A stretch of DNA of 64,000 nt. It comes from Gemmatimonadaceae bacterium (lineage in GTDB: Bacteria; Gemmatimonadota; Gemmatimonadetes; Gemmatimonadales; Gemmatimonadaceae). The translations under genes and the position numbers were made by a program. Below the pieces are notes generated by a model, which ran no database searches, was not told the origin of the DNA, and worked only from the letters and a program-made list of their open reading frames with translations. Where the stretch lies: positions 864,001 through 928,000 of the forward strand of contig JBJMOW010000005.1 in assembly GCA_045803545.1 (NCBI GenBank), read 5' to 3'. Below, piece by piece: positions 10,439 to 20,466 of the stretch (position 1 is its first letter; every line of letters starts with the position of its first letter).

Positions 10439-11290
10439 TTAGTAGATGTAGACCGGCGTGCCGACCGCGACCATCGGGTAGAGGCGCTCGATGTCTGCAT
10501 TGCGCATACGGACGCAGCCGTGGCTGACCGACTGTCCGATCGTTTCCGGATGGTCGGTGCCATGGATCCCGTACCCGTCTCCAAGCTCAAGGCGGCGGGT
10601 GCCAAGGACTCCCATATATCTGCGCGCTGTGGTGCCGTAGGGCGGCACAACGATGTTTCCATTGACGACGATCTCCTTGCCTTCAACCCCTCCACCTAAA
10701 GACACGGCTTGGCCGCTGGAGTAACGCCTGACGACCTCTCCGTTCTGGGTTGTGATGACGCCGCCATCGCCCGTCGGCAGTGCCTCGCCGGGATCCAGAT
10801 GAACAATACCAAGTCCTTTCTTGTGAGCCTGTTCGACGTAGTGCCAGTCGGGGGGAACCCAGGCCGGGTTCTCATCCTTTGCTTTCACCGTCAGCCGGCC
10901 GCGCGGGGTCTCGAATCTCCACTGCCCGTTCGATCCGCCAACGAGCTCTTTACCGCTACCCGTTGCCACCGGCGCCTCGAACAGAACCTCCTTGCCCTGC
11001 TTATACCAAAGGTGATGGTCCGCCATGCTGACCACGATGTACGGCTCGTTAGCCGCTTCCGCGGCGGTCTCGCTCATCAGCGACTTCAGGCTATCGGTCG
11101 TCATCCCGAGCTTGCCCTTGATCTCGTTGAGGACGCCGAGGTTGTCGTTGTAGACCATCCGGTTCACATCGCGCTCGTAACGAAGCTCGGCAGTTTTTGT
11201 CAGCAGCATTACGCTGAGAATCGCGGCGAGCACGAATCCGAAAACAAGCATCCAGACCGTTCGGCCGCCGTATGAAAAGATTTTGCTCAT
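10439..11290 (-). CDS. L,D-transpeptidase (YkuD domain)
   Basis: GIHGT...SHGCVRM catalytic motif; FETPRG; N-terminal TM. Confidence 0.93.
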   Translation of the reverse strand: MSKIFSYGGRTVWMLVFGFVLAAILSVMLLTKTAELRYERDVNRMVYNDNLGVLNEIKGKLGMTTDSLKSLMSETAAEAANEPYIVVSMADHHLWYKQGKEVLFEAPVATGSGKELVGGSNGQWRFETPRGRLTVKAKDENPAWVPPDWHYVEQAHKKGLGIVHLDPGEALPTGDGGVITTQNGEVVRRYSSGQAVSLGGGVEGKEIVVNGNIVVPPYGTTARRYMGVLGTRRLELGDGYGIHGTDHPETIGQSVSHGCVRMRNADIERLYPMVAVGTPVYIY

Positions 11291-11952
11291 TAGTAAAAGT
11301 ATACCTTCATACCAGCGCTAAGGTTCGGCATTATCGCCTTCATGTCCTCGCTGCTGATCCGCAGCGAACCAGGCGGGACCGGCGTCGAATCATTGGCGTT
11401 GCTCGCCGACAGGATTTGGGTGCCTCCATCGAGCACGATACGCGTGTCGCCCAGATCTGCAATCGTACGCTCACCCCGCGGCACCGCCTCCGGTGGAGCG
11501 CTGTCAGTCGCTGATGGTGTTCGCTCAGGGCCGAATTGCACTGGCATCTCGCGCAGCACGGCACCTTCGCGTGTGAGGTACATGCGCGAGCTGTCGACCG
11601 ACACGTTGAGATGGAGCCGCTTATCAAACTTGGCCTGACGTTTGGCGAGCTCGATGGCGATACGAAGCTTGTTCTGCTCCGATGCCACGATCGCGTCGGT
11701 GCGCTCGCGCTCAGCCGACGTCATGTGCTCGCGAAGCTGGGTGACGTCGTGGTTGTATTTCACGCGCTTCGCCATCAGCCAGCCATCGACCGCGATCATC
11801 GCGGCGAGGCCAAGACCGAGCACGAACACGAAGCCGGGATAGGCGCGACGAAAGTCTTTCCAGCTGCCGCGTCGGCGGTCACCTTCACTTGCACGGTCCG
11901 GCCGTCGTCTCGTCTCGGGGCCGGTCTCCTGTTTGGGTCTCAAGAAAGCCAT
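11290..11952 (-). CDS. L,D-transpeptidase-like protein lacking the catalytic His/Cys
   Basis: TM plus coiled coil plus YkuD-like strands (HLNVSVDSSRMYL...GMKVYFY); GSLRI replaces HGCVR. Confidence 0.65.
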   Translation of the reverse strand: MAFLRPKQETGPETRRRPDRASEGDRRRGSWKDFRRAYPGFVFVLGLGLAAMIAVDGWLMAKRVKYNHDVTQLREHMTSAERERTDAIVASEQNKLRIAIELAKRQAKFDKRLHLNVSVDSSRMYLTREGAVLREMPVQFGPERTPSATDSAPPEAVPRGERTIADLGDTRIVLDGGTQILSASNANDSTPVPPGSLRISSEDMKAIMPNLSAGMKVYFY

Positions 11953-12001
11953 CTCGGTCTGCGCGCCCTCTCGTCGGGGTAGGATTACATTACGGGATAT
12001 A

Positions 12002-13584
12002 ATGGCGAGCAGACAACAAGCGCGGCCAGTCGCGCTGATAGTACTCGATGGCTGGGGCTACCGCCCGCAAACTGAAGGAAACGCAATCGCACTCGCCAAC
12101 ACGCCCACCTGGGACGCGTTGTGGTCGCGCGGGTCGCGCACCTTGCTCGAAGCGTCCGGCCTCCGTGTCGGTCTGCCCGAAGGGCAAATGGGCAACAGCG
12201 AGGTCGGCCATCTCAATCTCGGCGCTGGTCGCGTGGTAATGCAGGATCTGGTTCGCATCTCCACTGCCATCACTGATGGCAGCTTTTACACCAACCCGGC
12301 GCTGGTGGGTGCATGCGACCAGGTCAAGAACAACGGCGGCACCCTTCATTTGATGGGTTTGATCGGTGCGGGCGGGGTGCATGCGATCGACACCCATCTA
12401 TTCGCGCTGATCGATCTTGCCAGGAAGCGGGGGGTGAAGCGCGTCGCCATCCACGCCATGCTCGATGGCCGTGACACGCTTCCGAAGTCCGCGCTCGGGT
12501 ACACTCAGGAGCTGCTGAAGTACATCAAGAAGGTCGGATCCCCGGCCAAGATCGCCAGCGTGTCGGGCCGGTATTACTCAATGGATCGCGACCGCCGCTG
12601 GGATCGTACCCAGTTGGCCTACCGAGCGATCGTACTCGGCGAAGGAACACCCGAGACCGATCCGCTCGAGGCAATTCGCCAGTCGTATTCCGCGGACAAG
12701 ACCGACGAGTTCATGCTGCCGGTGGTGATCGTCGAGAATGGGAAGCCGGTCGCCCCAATGCGCGACGGCGACGCCGTTATCTGCTTCAACTACAGATCGG
12801 ATCGCATGAGGCAGATTGTGGCCGCCCTGATCGATGCGGGAAGCGGGAAGCGGGAAGCGGGGCGAGCCATTTCGATGGGTTCGACGTTACGCGCGGTCCG
12901 AAAGTTTCTGTCACTACGCTCACGAATTACGACAAGACGTTTCCCGTTCCAGTCGCATTTCAGCCGACATCGATGGCGCGGATCCTGGCGGAGGTTCTCT
13001 CGTCGCAGGATCTCGGCATCCTGAAGACGGCGGAAACCGAGAAGTATCCGCACGTGACTTATTTCTTCAACGGCGGTGTCGAAGCGCCATTCCCGTGCGA
13101 GCAGCGGGTGCTTGTCCCAAGTCCCAAGGGGGTGGCGACTTACGATTTGGCGCCGGAAATGAGCGCGGCTGGTGTCACCGATGCGCTGGTGAAGGGTATT
13201 ACGACGAAGGAGTTCGACTTCATTCTTTGCAACTACGCCAACGCCGATATGGTGGGACACAGCGGATCGATCCCCGCGACGATAAAAGCCGTCGAGACAG
13301 TCGATCAATCGCTGGCGAGAGTACTCAAGGCGGCGGAGTCGGCGGGAATGCGACTGATCGTGACCGCTGATCATGGTAACGCGGAGATGTTGATCGACCC
13401 GGAGACGGGCGGGCCGCACACCGCGCACACCACCAATCCGGTGCCGTTTGTCGTAGTCGATTGGGAGCAGGAGACGCAACTACGCCCGGGCGGCGCGTTG
13501 TGTGATGTCGCGCCAACTATATTGTCGATGCTCGGTGTCGAGCAGCCGGCCGAGATGACCGGCGAAAATCTTGGAGTGGATTAA
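12002..13584 (+). pseudogene. gpmI: 2,3-bisphosphoglycerate-independent phosphoglycerate mutase, frameshifted at a heptamer tract (12836-12861)
   Basis: The N-half (LDGWG, GNSEVGH, GRYYSMDRD, NYRSDRMRQ) and C-half (AETEKYPHVT, DMVGHSG, TADHGNAE, HTAHT) are in different frames, joined at (GCGGGAA)3GCGGG. Confidence 0.9.
12836..12861 (+). repeat. (GCGGGAA)3+GCGGG heptamer tandem repeat inside gpmI
   Basis: Read directly from the sequence. Confidence 0.95.
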
Positions 13585-14271
13585 GTGAAAGTATTTGTCA
13601 GCGCGATCGCGCTTGCCGTATTTGCGACCGGTGTCGACGCCCAAGTCGGGCATCTTCCGCAGAACAGTCCGTATCGCGACCTCGAGACTTCGCAGGAGCT
13701 CACGTTCTTCGGTGGGCATTACCGAGCCGGAAAGGATCCGATCGGCATCGCTCCAGGTGACGGGTCGATGTTTGGCGCGCGCTATCTGGTGCACGTTGGC
13801 GGACCTGCGTTTCTGATGGCGCGCTGGTCGCACGTGAACAGCGATCGCTTGACGATCGATCCGACGAAGACCGGAACGGCGCGCCAGCTTGGCAGACGGA
13901 ATGTTTCAGTGAATCTCTACGACGTCGATCTCGCGCTCAATCTCACCGGCCAAAAGAGCTTTCATCACATTGTGCCGGTGATAAACCTCGGGGGAGGCGT
14001 AGCGAGCTGTAGTTGTTCGGTAGCAAATGATCCGTACACCTTCGGCACCCCGTTTGCGTTCACATTCGGTGGTGGGCTCAGGTACGTTCCCGGCGGAAGG
14101 TTTCAGCTGACGGCAGACTGGAACGACTATCTCTATCAACTGAAGTATCCGACGGCATACTACCTGGCGCCCACGGGCGGAACGGCGGCGGTTTCATCGA
14201 GCCAGGCCCGCTCTTTCTGGAAGGGCAATCGAGCACTGACGATCGGCGCTTCGCTGTTGTTCTTCCGGTAA
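13585..14271 (+). CDS. putative outer-membrane beta-barrel protein
   Basis: Signal peptide, alternating beta-strand pattern, aromatic C-terminus (SLLFFR). Confidence 0.65.
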   Translation: MKVFVSAIALAVFATGVDAQVGHLPQNSPYRDLETSQELTFFGGHYRAGKDPIGIAPGDGSMFGARYLVHVGGPAFLMARWSHVNSDRLTIDPTKTGTARQLGRRNVSVNLYDVDLALNLTGQKSFHHIVPVINLGGGVASCSCSVANDPYTFGTPFAFTFGGGLRYVPGGRFQLTADWNDYLYQLKYPTAYYLAPTGGTAAVSSSQARSFWKGNRALTIGASLLFFR

Positions 14272-14311
14272 CCTGAACTTCCCTCGCAGCGGGGGAAGCT
14301 GCGGAGGAAGC

Positions 14312-14827
14312 ATGGAACGCGATTACGAGGACATCAGGTCTACCGACGAACTCAGCGACAACGAGCTACGCGCGCTGGTGCGTGACACCTTCGACCAGCA
14401 ACTTGCATTTGATCCCGACGATGTTCAGATCGCGGTAAAGTCGGGAGTCGTTTATCTCGGTGGCAGAGTCGGGACCGAGGAAGAGTTCCGTATCATCGAG
14501 CGAGTCGTCACCGATCTCGTGGGCCTCAAGAGCCTGCGCAATGAAATGGTCGTCGACCCCATTCGCCGTGCCGAGAGTCCGGAGGCTATCGACGAGCATC
14601 TGGTCGACGAAGAGCTGCACGAGGGCCTTTTGCTCGGCGACAGACCGCGCAACGAGGAGCCGGAAGCCGAGCATATCCGTGAGGATCTCCGGTCTGAGCT
14701 GTTTGGGACGACCGATGTCCAGAACTCAATTGCCAACGCAATTCCGTGGAATCCGCCGGACGGCCCGACGCCCGAGGGCCTGAGCGGCGACGACGCGAGC
14801 CCGAACGTGATGAACGACGAGCACTAG
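14312..14827 (+). CDS. BON domain protein
   Basis: SDNELRALV...VQIAVKSGVVYLGGRV...GLKSLRNEM; GGAGG Shine-Dalgarno. Confidence 0.8.
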   Translation: MERDYEDIRSTDELSDNELRALVRDTFDQQLAFDPDDVQIAVKSGVVYLGGRVGTEEEFRIIERVVTDLVGLKSLRNEMVVDPIRRAESPEAIDEHLVDEELHEGLLLGDRPRNEEPEAEHIREDLRSELFGTTDVQNSIANAIPWNPPDGPTPEGLSGDDASPNVMNDEH

Positions 14828-14988
14828 CGGGAAGCGGGAAGCGGGAAGCGGGAATCGGGAAGCGGCAGGGGGCATACGGGAGGAGGGAGGCGTTGGGCGG
14901 GGGATGCGAGATGGGGATGCGAAGCTAGATTCTAGACCGCGTCCCCATTTTTTATCTCGCTTCCCGCTTCCCGCTTCCCGCCTCCCGC
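14828..14988. repeat. inverted pair of GCGGGAA heptamer tracts filling the intergenic region before queD
   Basis: (GCGGGAA)n at 14828-14865 and (TTCCCGC)n at 14958-14988, with an inner ATGGGGA/TCCCCAT stem. Confidence 0.9.
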
Positions 14989-15408
14989 ATGCCAGCTTCT
15001 CTCACTCGACGAGTCTCCTTCTCAGCGGCGCACCGCTACAGCAGGCCGGAGTGGGACGATGCTCAGAACACGGCCACGTTCGGAGCGTGTGCGTGGCCAA
15101 ACTTTCACGGGCATAGCTACGTCTGCGACGTAACGGTCAGCGGACCGATCGATGACAAAACCGGATTCGTCGTCGACCTCGGGGTGCTCGACAGGATACT
15201 CAAGGAGCAGGTGAAGGACCGATTCGATCATCGCAACATCAATCTCGACGTTGCGGAATTTGGTGACGGCAGACTCGTCCCAACCGGCGAGAACCTCGCG
15301 CGTTTCATCTTCGAGCGAGTGGACAAGGAGCTTCCCAAGCCGGCCAGGGTGATGCGCGTCACCGTCGGTGAAGACGACACACTGAGCGCCACCTACAACC
15401 GGGATTGA
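14989..15408 (+). CDS. queD: 6-carboxy-5,6,7,8-tetrahydropterin synthase / PTPS family
   Basis: FSAAHRY, C..HGHSY, DHRNIN and PTGENLA motifs. Confidence 0.9.
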   Translation: MPASLTRRVSFSAAHRYSRPEWDDAQNTATFGACAWPNFHGHSYVCDVTVSGPIDDKTGFVVDLGVLDRILKEQVKDRFDHRNINLDVAEFGDGRLVPTGENLARFIFERVDKELPKPARVMRVTVGEDDTLSATYNRD

Positions 15409-16748
15409 GTCGAATGTCGATTCATGGAACGCGCTCGTTGCGCGCTCTGATGTATCTCGTGTTGTCAGCCACACTTTCGTCGTGTGTGACGATGTCGCGA
15501 GTGGTGCGCCCCGCGTCCGGGCGCAACGATCTGGCTCGATTGATCGACTCGCTGACAGCGCAGCCGCAGTTTCGTGGCGGACACTGGGGCGTGCTGGTGG
15601 TGAACCCGCGTACAGCGGACACACTGTATTCACAGAACGCGGGTAAGTTGTTCATGCCTGCGTCCAACATGAAGATCATCACCTCGGCGACGGCGCTCAC
15701 GCTACTTGGCCCTGACTACACCTACAAGACGACCTTTCTCGTCGACGGGCCGGTACAGGATTCATTGCTCGACGGCGACCTGATCGTGATCGGTCGCGGC
15801 GATCCGACGATCAGCGACAACATGCGTGGTGTCGCCACAACTGTCATGGATGCGCTCGCCGATTCCATTCGCGCGCACGGCATCTCACAGATCACTGGCC
15901 GCCTCGTGCGCGTCGGCAACGCCTTCCCCGACTCCGTCCATGGCTATGGCTGGGAGTGGGACGATCTCGGCGAATACTACGGGTCGGGCGTCGACGAATT
16001 GATCTTCAACGAGGGAATGGCGCCAACCACGCCTCGCCCTCCACCGGACAGCGCCCGCGACAGCGCGTATTCAGGCCCAGCGAAGGATCCGGCGACGGGC
16101 TATCTCAACGCGTTGAACGACGCGCTCGTCCGCAAGCGAATTACGCTCGATGCCGGCGTTCTCGACAGCATTCTCCCGACGCCGATCAAGATGGACACGT
16201 TGTTCACGTTCACGTCGCTGCCGATGCGGAACATACTCCCGGCGCTTCTCAAGCCGTCACAGAACCAGATCGCGGAGATTTTGTTGAAGACGATCGGTCT
16301 GGAGCGCGGGGGCATGGGCACAGCAGACAGCGCGCGCAAGATTGTGGGCCAGCAGCTTCTGGCGTGGGGAGTGAACCCCGATGAGTTCGTGATTCGTGAT
16401 GGCAGCGGACTCTCCAGACACGATCTCGTGGCCCCGGAGACGCTGGTGCGTGTGCTCGATCGAATCCAGCAGGATACGGCCTTCGCCGTCTTTTACAATG
16501 CGCTGCCGATTGCCGGCGTCGACGGGACGCTCCAGGACAGAATGAAAGGCACCCCTGCTGAAGGAAACGCGCATGCGAAAACAGGCTCCATCTCCAACGC
16601 GCGGACCTTGTCCGGTTATGTGACGACAGCCGACGGAGAGCGGCTGATCTTCAGCATCATGGCCAGCAATTGGACCGGGCCGACTTCGGCGGTGACCAGC
16701 GTCGCCGATCAGATCGTAGCGGCGCTCGCCGCATACCGCACCCACTGA
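15405..16748 (+). CDS. dacB: D-alanyl-D-alanine carboxypeptidase/endopeptidase (PBP4, S13)
   Basis: PASNMK (SxxK), SQN (SxN), DGSGLSR and AKTGS (KTG). Confidence 0.93.
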   Translation: MSRMSIHGTRSLRALMYLVLSATLSSCVTMSRVVRPASGRNDLARLIDSLTAQPQFRGGHWGVLVVNPRTADTLYSQNAGKLFMPASNMKIITSATALTLLGPDYTYKTTFLVDGPVQDSLLDGDLIVIGRGDPTISDNMRGVATTVMDALADSIRAHGISQITGRLVRVGNAFPDSVHGYGWEWDDLGEYYGSGVDELIFNEGMAPTTPRPPPDSARDSAYSGPAKDPATGYLNALNDALVRKRITLDAGVLDSILPTPIKMDTLFTFTSLPMRNILPALLKPSQNQIAEILLKTIGLERGGMGTADSARKIVGQQLLAWGVNPDEFVIRDGSGLSRHDLVAPETLVRVLDRIQQDTAFAVFYNALPIAGVDGTLQDRMKGTPAEGNAHAKTGSISNARTLSGYVTTADGERLIFSIMASNWTGPTSAVTSVADQIVAALAAYRTH

Positions 16749-16757
16749 GATAGTTCT

Positions 16758-18035
16758 GTGGCGCGTTTGCGCAGTGATCAGGAATCGCTGAAGCTCGCCG
16801 AAGCGAGCGAGCGCATCCTTGCCGACATCAAGCCGCTGGAGATCGAAGCCACCCCGCTACGCCAAGCGCTAGGCCGCGTGCTGGCGGAGGACATCTCGGC
16901 GACGGTGACGATGCCACCGTGGAGCAATTCCTCGATGGACGGTTACGCCGTGCGGTCAGCGGACATCACCCCGGTAATGACCGGCGAGAAGGTGAAGCTG
17001 CGAGTGGTGGGCACGATCGCCGCCGGCGATTTCGCCAAGCGGCCGATCAAGCGTGGGGAAGCGATGCGCATCATGACAGGTGCGCCCGTTCCGGACGGCG
17101 CCGATTCGGTGATTCGCAAGGAAGACACCGATAACGGCGTGGAGAAAGTAGAAATCCGGGACGCGCGCGATGTGTGGAAGAACATTCGGCCCGCCGGCGA
17201 GGACTACCAGCGTGGCGATGTTCTCGCCAAACGCGGGCACGCGATCAAACCCGCGCTTCTCGGCGTCCTGGCATCGACCGGCATCGGCAAGGTCAAAACC
17301 TTCAGGCGGCCGCAGGTAGCGATCGTCAGCTCGGGAGATGAGCTCGTAGATCTCGATGAGTTCGATCAGGTGGCGGACGGTAAGCGCATCGTTTCTACCA
17401 ACAGCTACACCCTCGAAGCGCTGACGCGAGCGGCGGGCGGAATTCCTTCCGATCTCGGCATTGCCGCCGACACCAAAGCGTCGCTGCGCCGAAAGCTGGA
17501 GAGCGCAGAAGGTTGCGATCTGATTCTGACTTCTGCCGGTGTTTCCGTCGGCGACATGGATCACACCCGCGACGTCATCGAAGAACTGGGCGGGGAGATA
17601 AAGTTCTGGAAGGTTAGAATGCGGCCGGGAGCGCCATTGGCCTTCGGGTTGTTGAACGGCACGCCCTGGATAGGCGTATCCGGAAATCCGGTTTCAGCGA
17701 TGGTGAGCTTCGAGCTTTTCGTCCGACCGGCACTTAGAAAGATGCAGGGCCATGCGGCGCTGTTTCGCCGCACTGTCACTGTCACCGTCGACGAAGACAT
17801 CAAGATCGCCGCTAAGCTGACTCACTTTCTGCGAGCGATTGTGACCCGCGGCGAGGACGGTACTCTAAGTGCACGACTGACCGGTCTGCAAAGCTCCGCC
17901 GCGCTGACTTCGATGGCGAAAGCAAATGCGTTGCTGATCGTTCCCGACAAATCGCCACAGGTGTCGAAAGGCTCGAAGCTCCACGCATTGATGCTCGATC
18001 AGAGTCTCGACGAGACTTCAGCGTTCTCTCTGTGA
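16758..18035 (+). CDS. moeA: molybdopterin molybdotransferase
   Basis: SSMDGYAV, RIMTGAPVP, SSGDEL, SAGVSVGD and SGNPVSA motifs. Confidence 0.95.
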   Translation: MARLRSDQESLKLAEASERILADIKPLEIEATPLRQALGRVLAEDISATVTMPPWSNSSMDGYAVRSADITPVMTGEKVKLRVVGTIAAGDFAKRPIKRGEAMRIMTGAPVPDGADSVIRKEDTDNGVEKVEIRDARDVWKNIRPAGEDYQRGDVLAKRGHAIKPALLGVLASTGIGKVKTFRRPQVAIVSSGDELVDLDEFDQVADGKRIVSTNSYTLEALTRAAGGIPSDLGIAADTKASLRRKLESAEGCDLILTSAGVSVGDMDHTRDVIEELGGEIKFWKVRMRPGAPLAFGLLNGTPWIGVSGNPVSAMVSFELFVRPALRKMQGHAALFRRTVTVTVDEDIKIAAKLTHFLRAIVTRGEDGTLSARLTGLQSSAALTSMAKANALLIVPDKSPQVSKGSKLHALMLDQSLDETSAFSL

Positions 18036-18742
18036 GCGTGCCGGACTCGTCAGGAACGACCAAGCAAGAGGTTCTGCAGGGTAAAGCCCTGATCACGTCG
18101 CTGAAGCGACGGTTTCGCACCGCCGAGATTGAAGCGGTTGTCGGTGAACGGAGATACCAGATCCTTAAGCCGGCGAATCCCGACGATCTCATTCGCGAAG
18201 AAGATTTCGTAAAGGACGAGCGACTCCCATACTGGGCAGACATTTGGCCTTCGTCACTGATCCTCGCCGCCAAACTGCTCGAGACCGATGGTCGAGGTCT
18301 CACTGCACTGGAGCTCGGATGCGGCGCCGGCTTGTGCACCATCGCCGCGACGGCCGCCGGGTTCGAAGTGCTGTCGACCGATTACTACGAAGACGCGCTC
18401 GATTTCACTCGCGCCAATACGTTCACCAACCTCGGCGCAGAAACACGGACGACGCTGTTCGACTGGCGGCATCCGCCGGCCGATCTCGGTCGGTACGATC
18501 TGGTGTTCGCCTCGGACGTTCTGTACGAGCTGGAATACGCGAGACTGCTGCCTGAGATCCTGCGGCGTACGATGAGCGTCGATGGTTACGGACTCATCGG
18601 AGACCCAGGCCGTGTCGCCGCTCCCGCTTTCGTCGAGTCGTGCGCAGATAACGGACTCGTCGCCGAGAAGATCGAGACGCGACCGTTTGAGGCGGGCGAG
18701 ATCAGGCAGAGCATTGATATTTATCTGGTCAAGCGGGGATGA
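18032..18742 (+). CDS. class I SAM methyltransferase (lysine methyltransferase/Methyltransf_16-like)
   Basis: PYWADIWPSS, LELGCGAG and ASDVLYE motifs. Confidence 0.85.
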   Translation: MSVPDSSGTTKQEVLQGKALITSLKRRFRTAEIEAVVGERRYQILKPANPDDLIREEDFVKDERLPYWADIWPSSLILAAKLLETDGRGLTALELGCGAGLCTIAATAAGFEVLSTDYYEDALDFTRANTFTNLGAETRTTLFDWRHPPADLGRYDLVFASDVLYELEYARLLPEILRRTMSVDGYGLIGDPGRVAAPAFVESCADNGLVAEKIETRPFEAGEIRQSIDIYLVKRG

Positions 18743-18796
18743 GGGATGAGGGATGGGTTTCGTGCACTCATCCCCCATCGCCTTATCCCCCATTCC
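18737..18796. repeat. GGATGAG heptamer inverted repeat between convergent genes
   Basis: GGGATGAGGGATGAGGGATGGG ... CTCATCCCCCATCGCCTTATCCCCCATTCC. Confidence 0.65.
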
Positions 18797-20466
18797 TACA
18801 TCTGCCGATACTTCGGCCCCGACCCGCCTTCGCGCGGAGTCCAGCGGGGACCGAGCACGTCGGTGGCCTTGCAATCGATACAGTTAGCCGGGTTTACGAC
18901 CAAGCGATCGCCGTCGCGTTCGTACACACCGGCGGGACACATGTGCGCGTAAAGCGCGGCGACTTCGGGAGTGATGTCCGGACCGACGATCAAGTGCGAG
19001 GGAATGTCGTCGCGCGTGGCGTTGCCCGATTTGAACACCGCGTCGAGCTTGCTGAAGGTGAGCTTGCCGTCAGGCGTGAACGGTGGCGGCGGAGTTGCTT
19101 CGCGCACTACTTCGGCGTCGGCGTGCGACTTGATCCTGCCGCCGAACAACGCACCATTGCTCAAGTTCATCAAACCGACTTTGAGACCGCTCAGGTAATA
19201 GTTGCTCTCCTGAAAAGCGACTCTCATGTTGCGACGATGGTATAAGTCGCTCGCGATGAAGCTACCGTCCACCATCGCATCGTATTCCTTTAGCGTCGCA
19301 GCGGACGTGTCTTTTTTCTTGAGCGCATCGAACGCAGTGCGGGCCGCAAACATGCCGGACTGCATCGCGTAGTGAATTCCCTTGAGTGACGCTACTTCTA
19401 CGAATCCGGCGGCATCGCCGACGAGCATCACTCCATCACCGTGGCGGCGTTTGGGTAGAGCGTAGAAACCGCCTTCGGGAATGGTCTTCGCGCCCCACTC
19501 GACCATCTCGCCGCTCTCGAGGATCTCTCGGAACAACGGGTGCAGCTTGATCCGCTGCAGCATCTCGTGGATGTCGTCAGTCGTGCGCTTGTAGTCGAGG
19601 CCGACGACCATGCCGAGCGCGATCTGATTTCGGGTCAGCGGATACATGAAGCTGCCACCGAAACAGTCCTTGGGGACAGGCCAGCCGAGCGTATGCACCA
19701 CTGCGTCGAGCGGCTTCAGCGTCTCCCAAATCTCCTTCACGCCGAGCGCGAAGATCTGCGGATTATCCGAAGATATTTTTTGCCATTCGAGGTACGCTTG
19801 CGACAGCGTCCCCCGGGTGCCTTCAGACAGGACCGTGATCTGTGCCGTAATATCGGTCGGTGGGGTATATCCGCTTCCCTGCTCCCCGCTTCTGCTGAGG
19901 CCGGACGGTGTAGTGCGCACTCCGGTGACACGCGTTCCTTCGGTGAGCAGTGACGCGGCGGGAAAACCAGTGAAGATGTTGACGCCCAGTGCTTCTGCTT
20001 TTTCACCGAGCCAGCGCACCATCTCGCAAATCGACGCGATGTAGTAGCCGTGATTCTTCATCGTCGGCGGCGTCGGCATCCTGAACGCGCGGTTCTCGGT
20101 CAGGAAATGGACGCGCTCGTGCGTCACAGGCCCGCGAAACGGGAAATCCTTGTCTTTGAGCTCCGGGAACAGGGTGCGCATTGCAACCGGATTCACTACC
20201 GCCCCCGAGAGCGAATGCTCACCCAGCGCACCTGCTTTCTCGAGCACCCCGATCTGCACTTCTCCAAGATCGCCGCCCGCTTCCTGATCCGCCTTGATCA
20301 ACTGGGCCAGAGCGATCGCGCCGGCGAGACCTGCAGGACCGCCCCCGACGAAGAGCACATCCATCGCGACTGCTTCCGCGTCCGGTTTGTCGGTGAGAAT
20401 CAGCCGATCGAGCGGAAGCGGAGCCTGATGGATGCTTGGTAGGACTCTCCCGGCGCGATCAGGCAT
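18796..20466 (-). CDS. electron transfer flavoprotein-ubiquinone oxidoreductase
   Basis: VGGGPAGL FAD motif, SLSGAV, AKTIPEGG; C-terminal ferredoxin-like CPAGVY...CIDCK; adjacent to etfAB. Confidence 0.92.
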   Translation of the reverse strand: MPDRAGRVLPSIHQAPLPLDRLILTDKPDAEAVAMDVLFVGGGPAGLAGAIALAQLIKADQEAGGDLGEVQIGVLEKAGALGEHSLSGAVVNPVAMRTLFPELKDKDFPFRGPVTHERVHFLTENRAFRMPTPPTMKNHGYYIASICEMVRWLGEKAEALGVNIFTGFPAASLLTEGTRVTGVRTTPSGLSRSGEQGSGYTPPTDITAQITVLSEGTRGTLSQAYLEWQKISSDNPQIFALGVKEIWETLKPLDAVVHTLGWPVPKDCFGGSFMYPLTRNQIALGMVVGLDYKRTTDDIHEMLQRIKLHPLFREILESGEMVEWGAKTIPEGGFYALPKRRHGDGVMLVGDAAGFVEVASLKGIHYAMQSGMFAARTAFDALKKKDTSAATLKEYDAMVDGSFIASDLYHRRNMRVAFQESNYYLSGLKVGLMNLSNGALFGGRIKSHADAEVVREATPPPPFTPDGKLTFSKLDAVFKSGNATRDDIPSHLIVGPDITPEVAALYAHMCPAGVYERDGDRLVVNPANCIDCKATDVLGPRWTPREGGSGPKYRQM

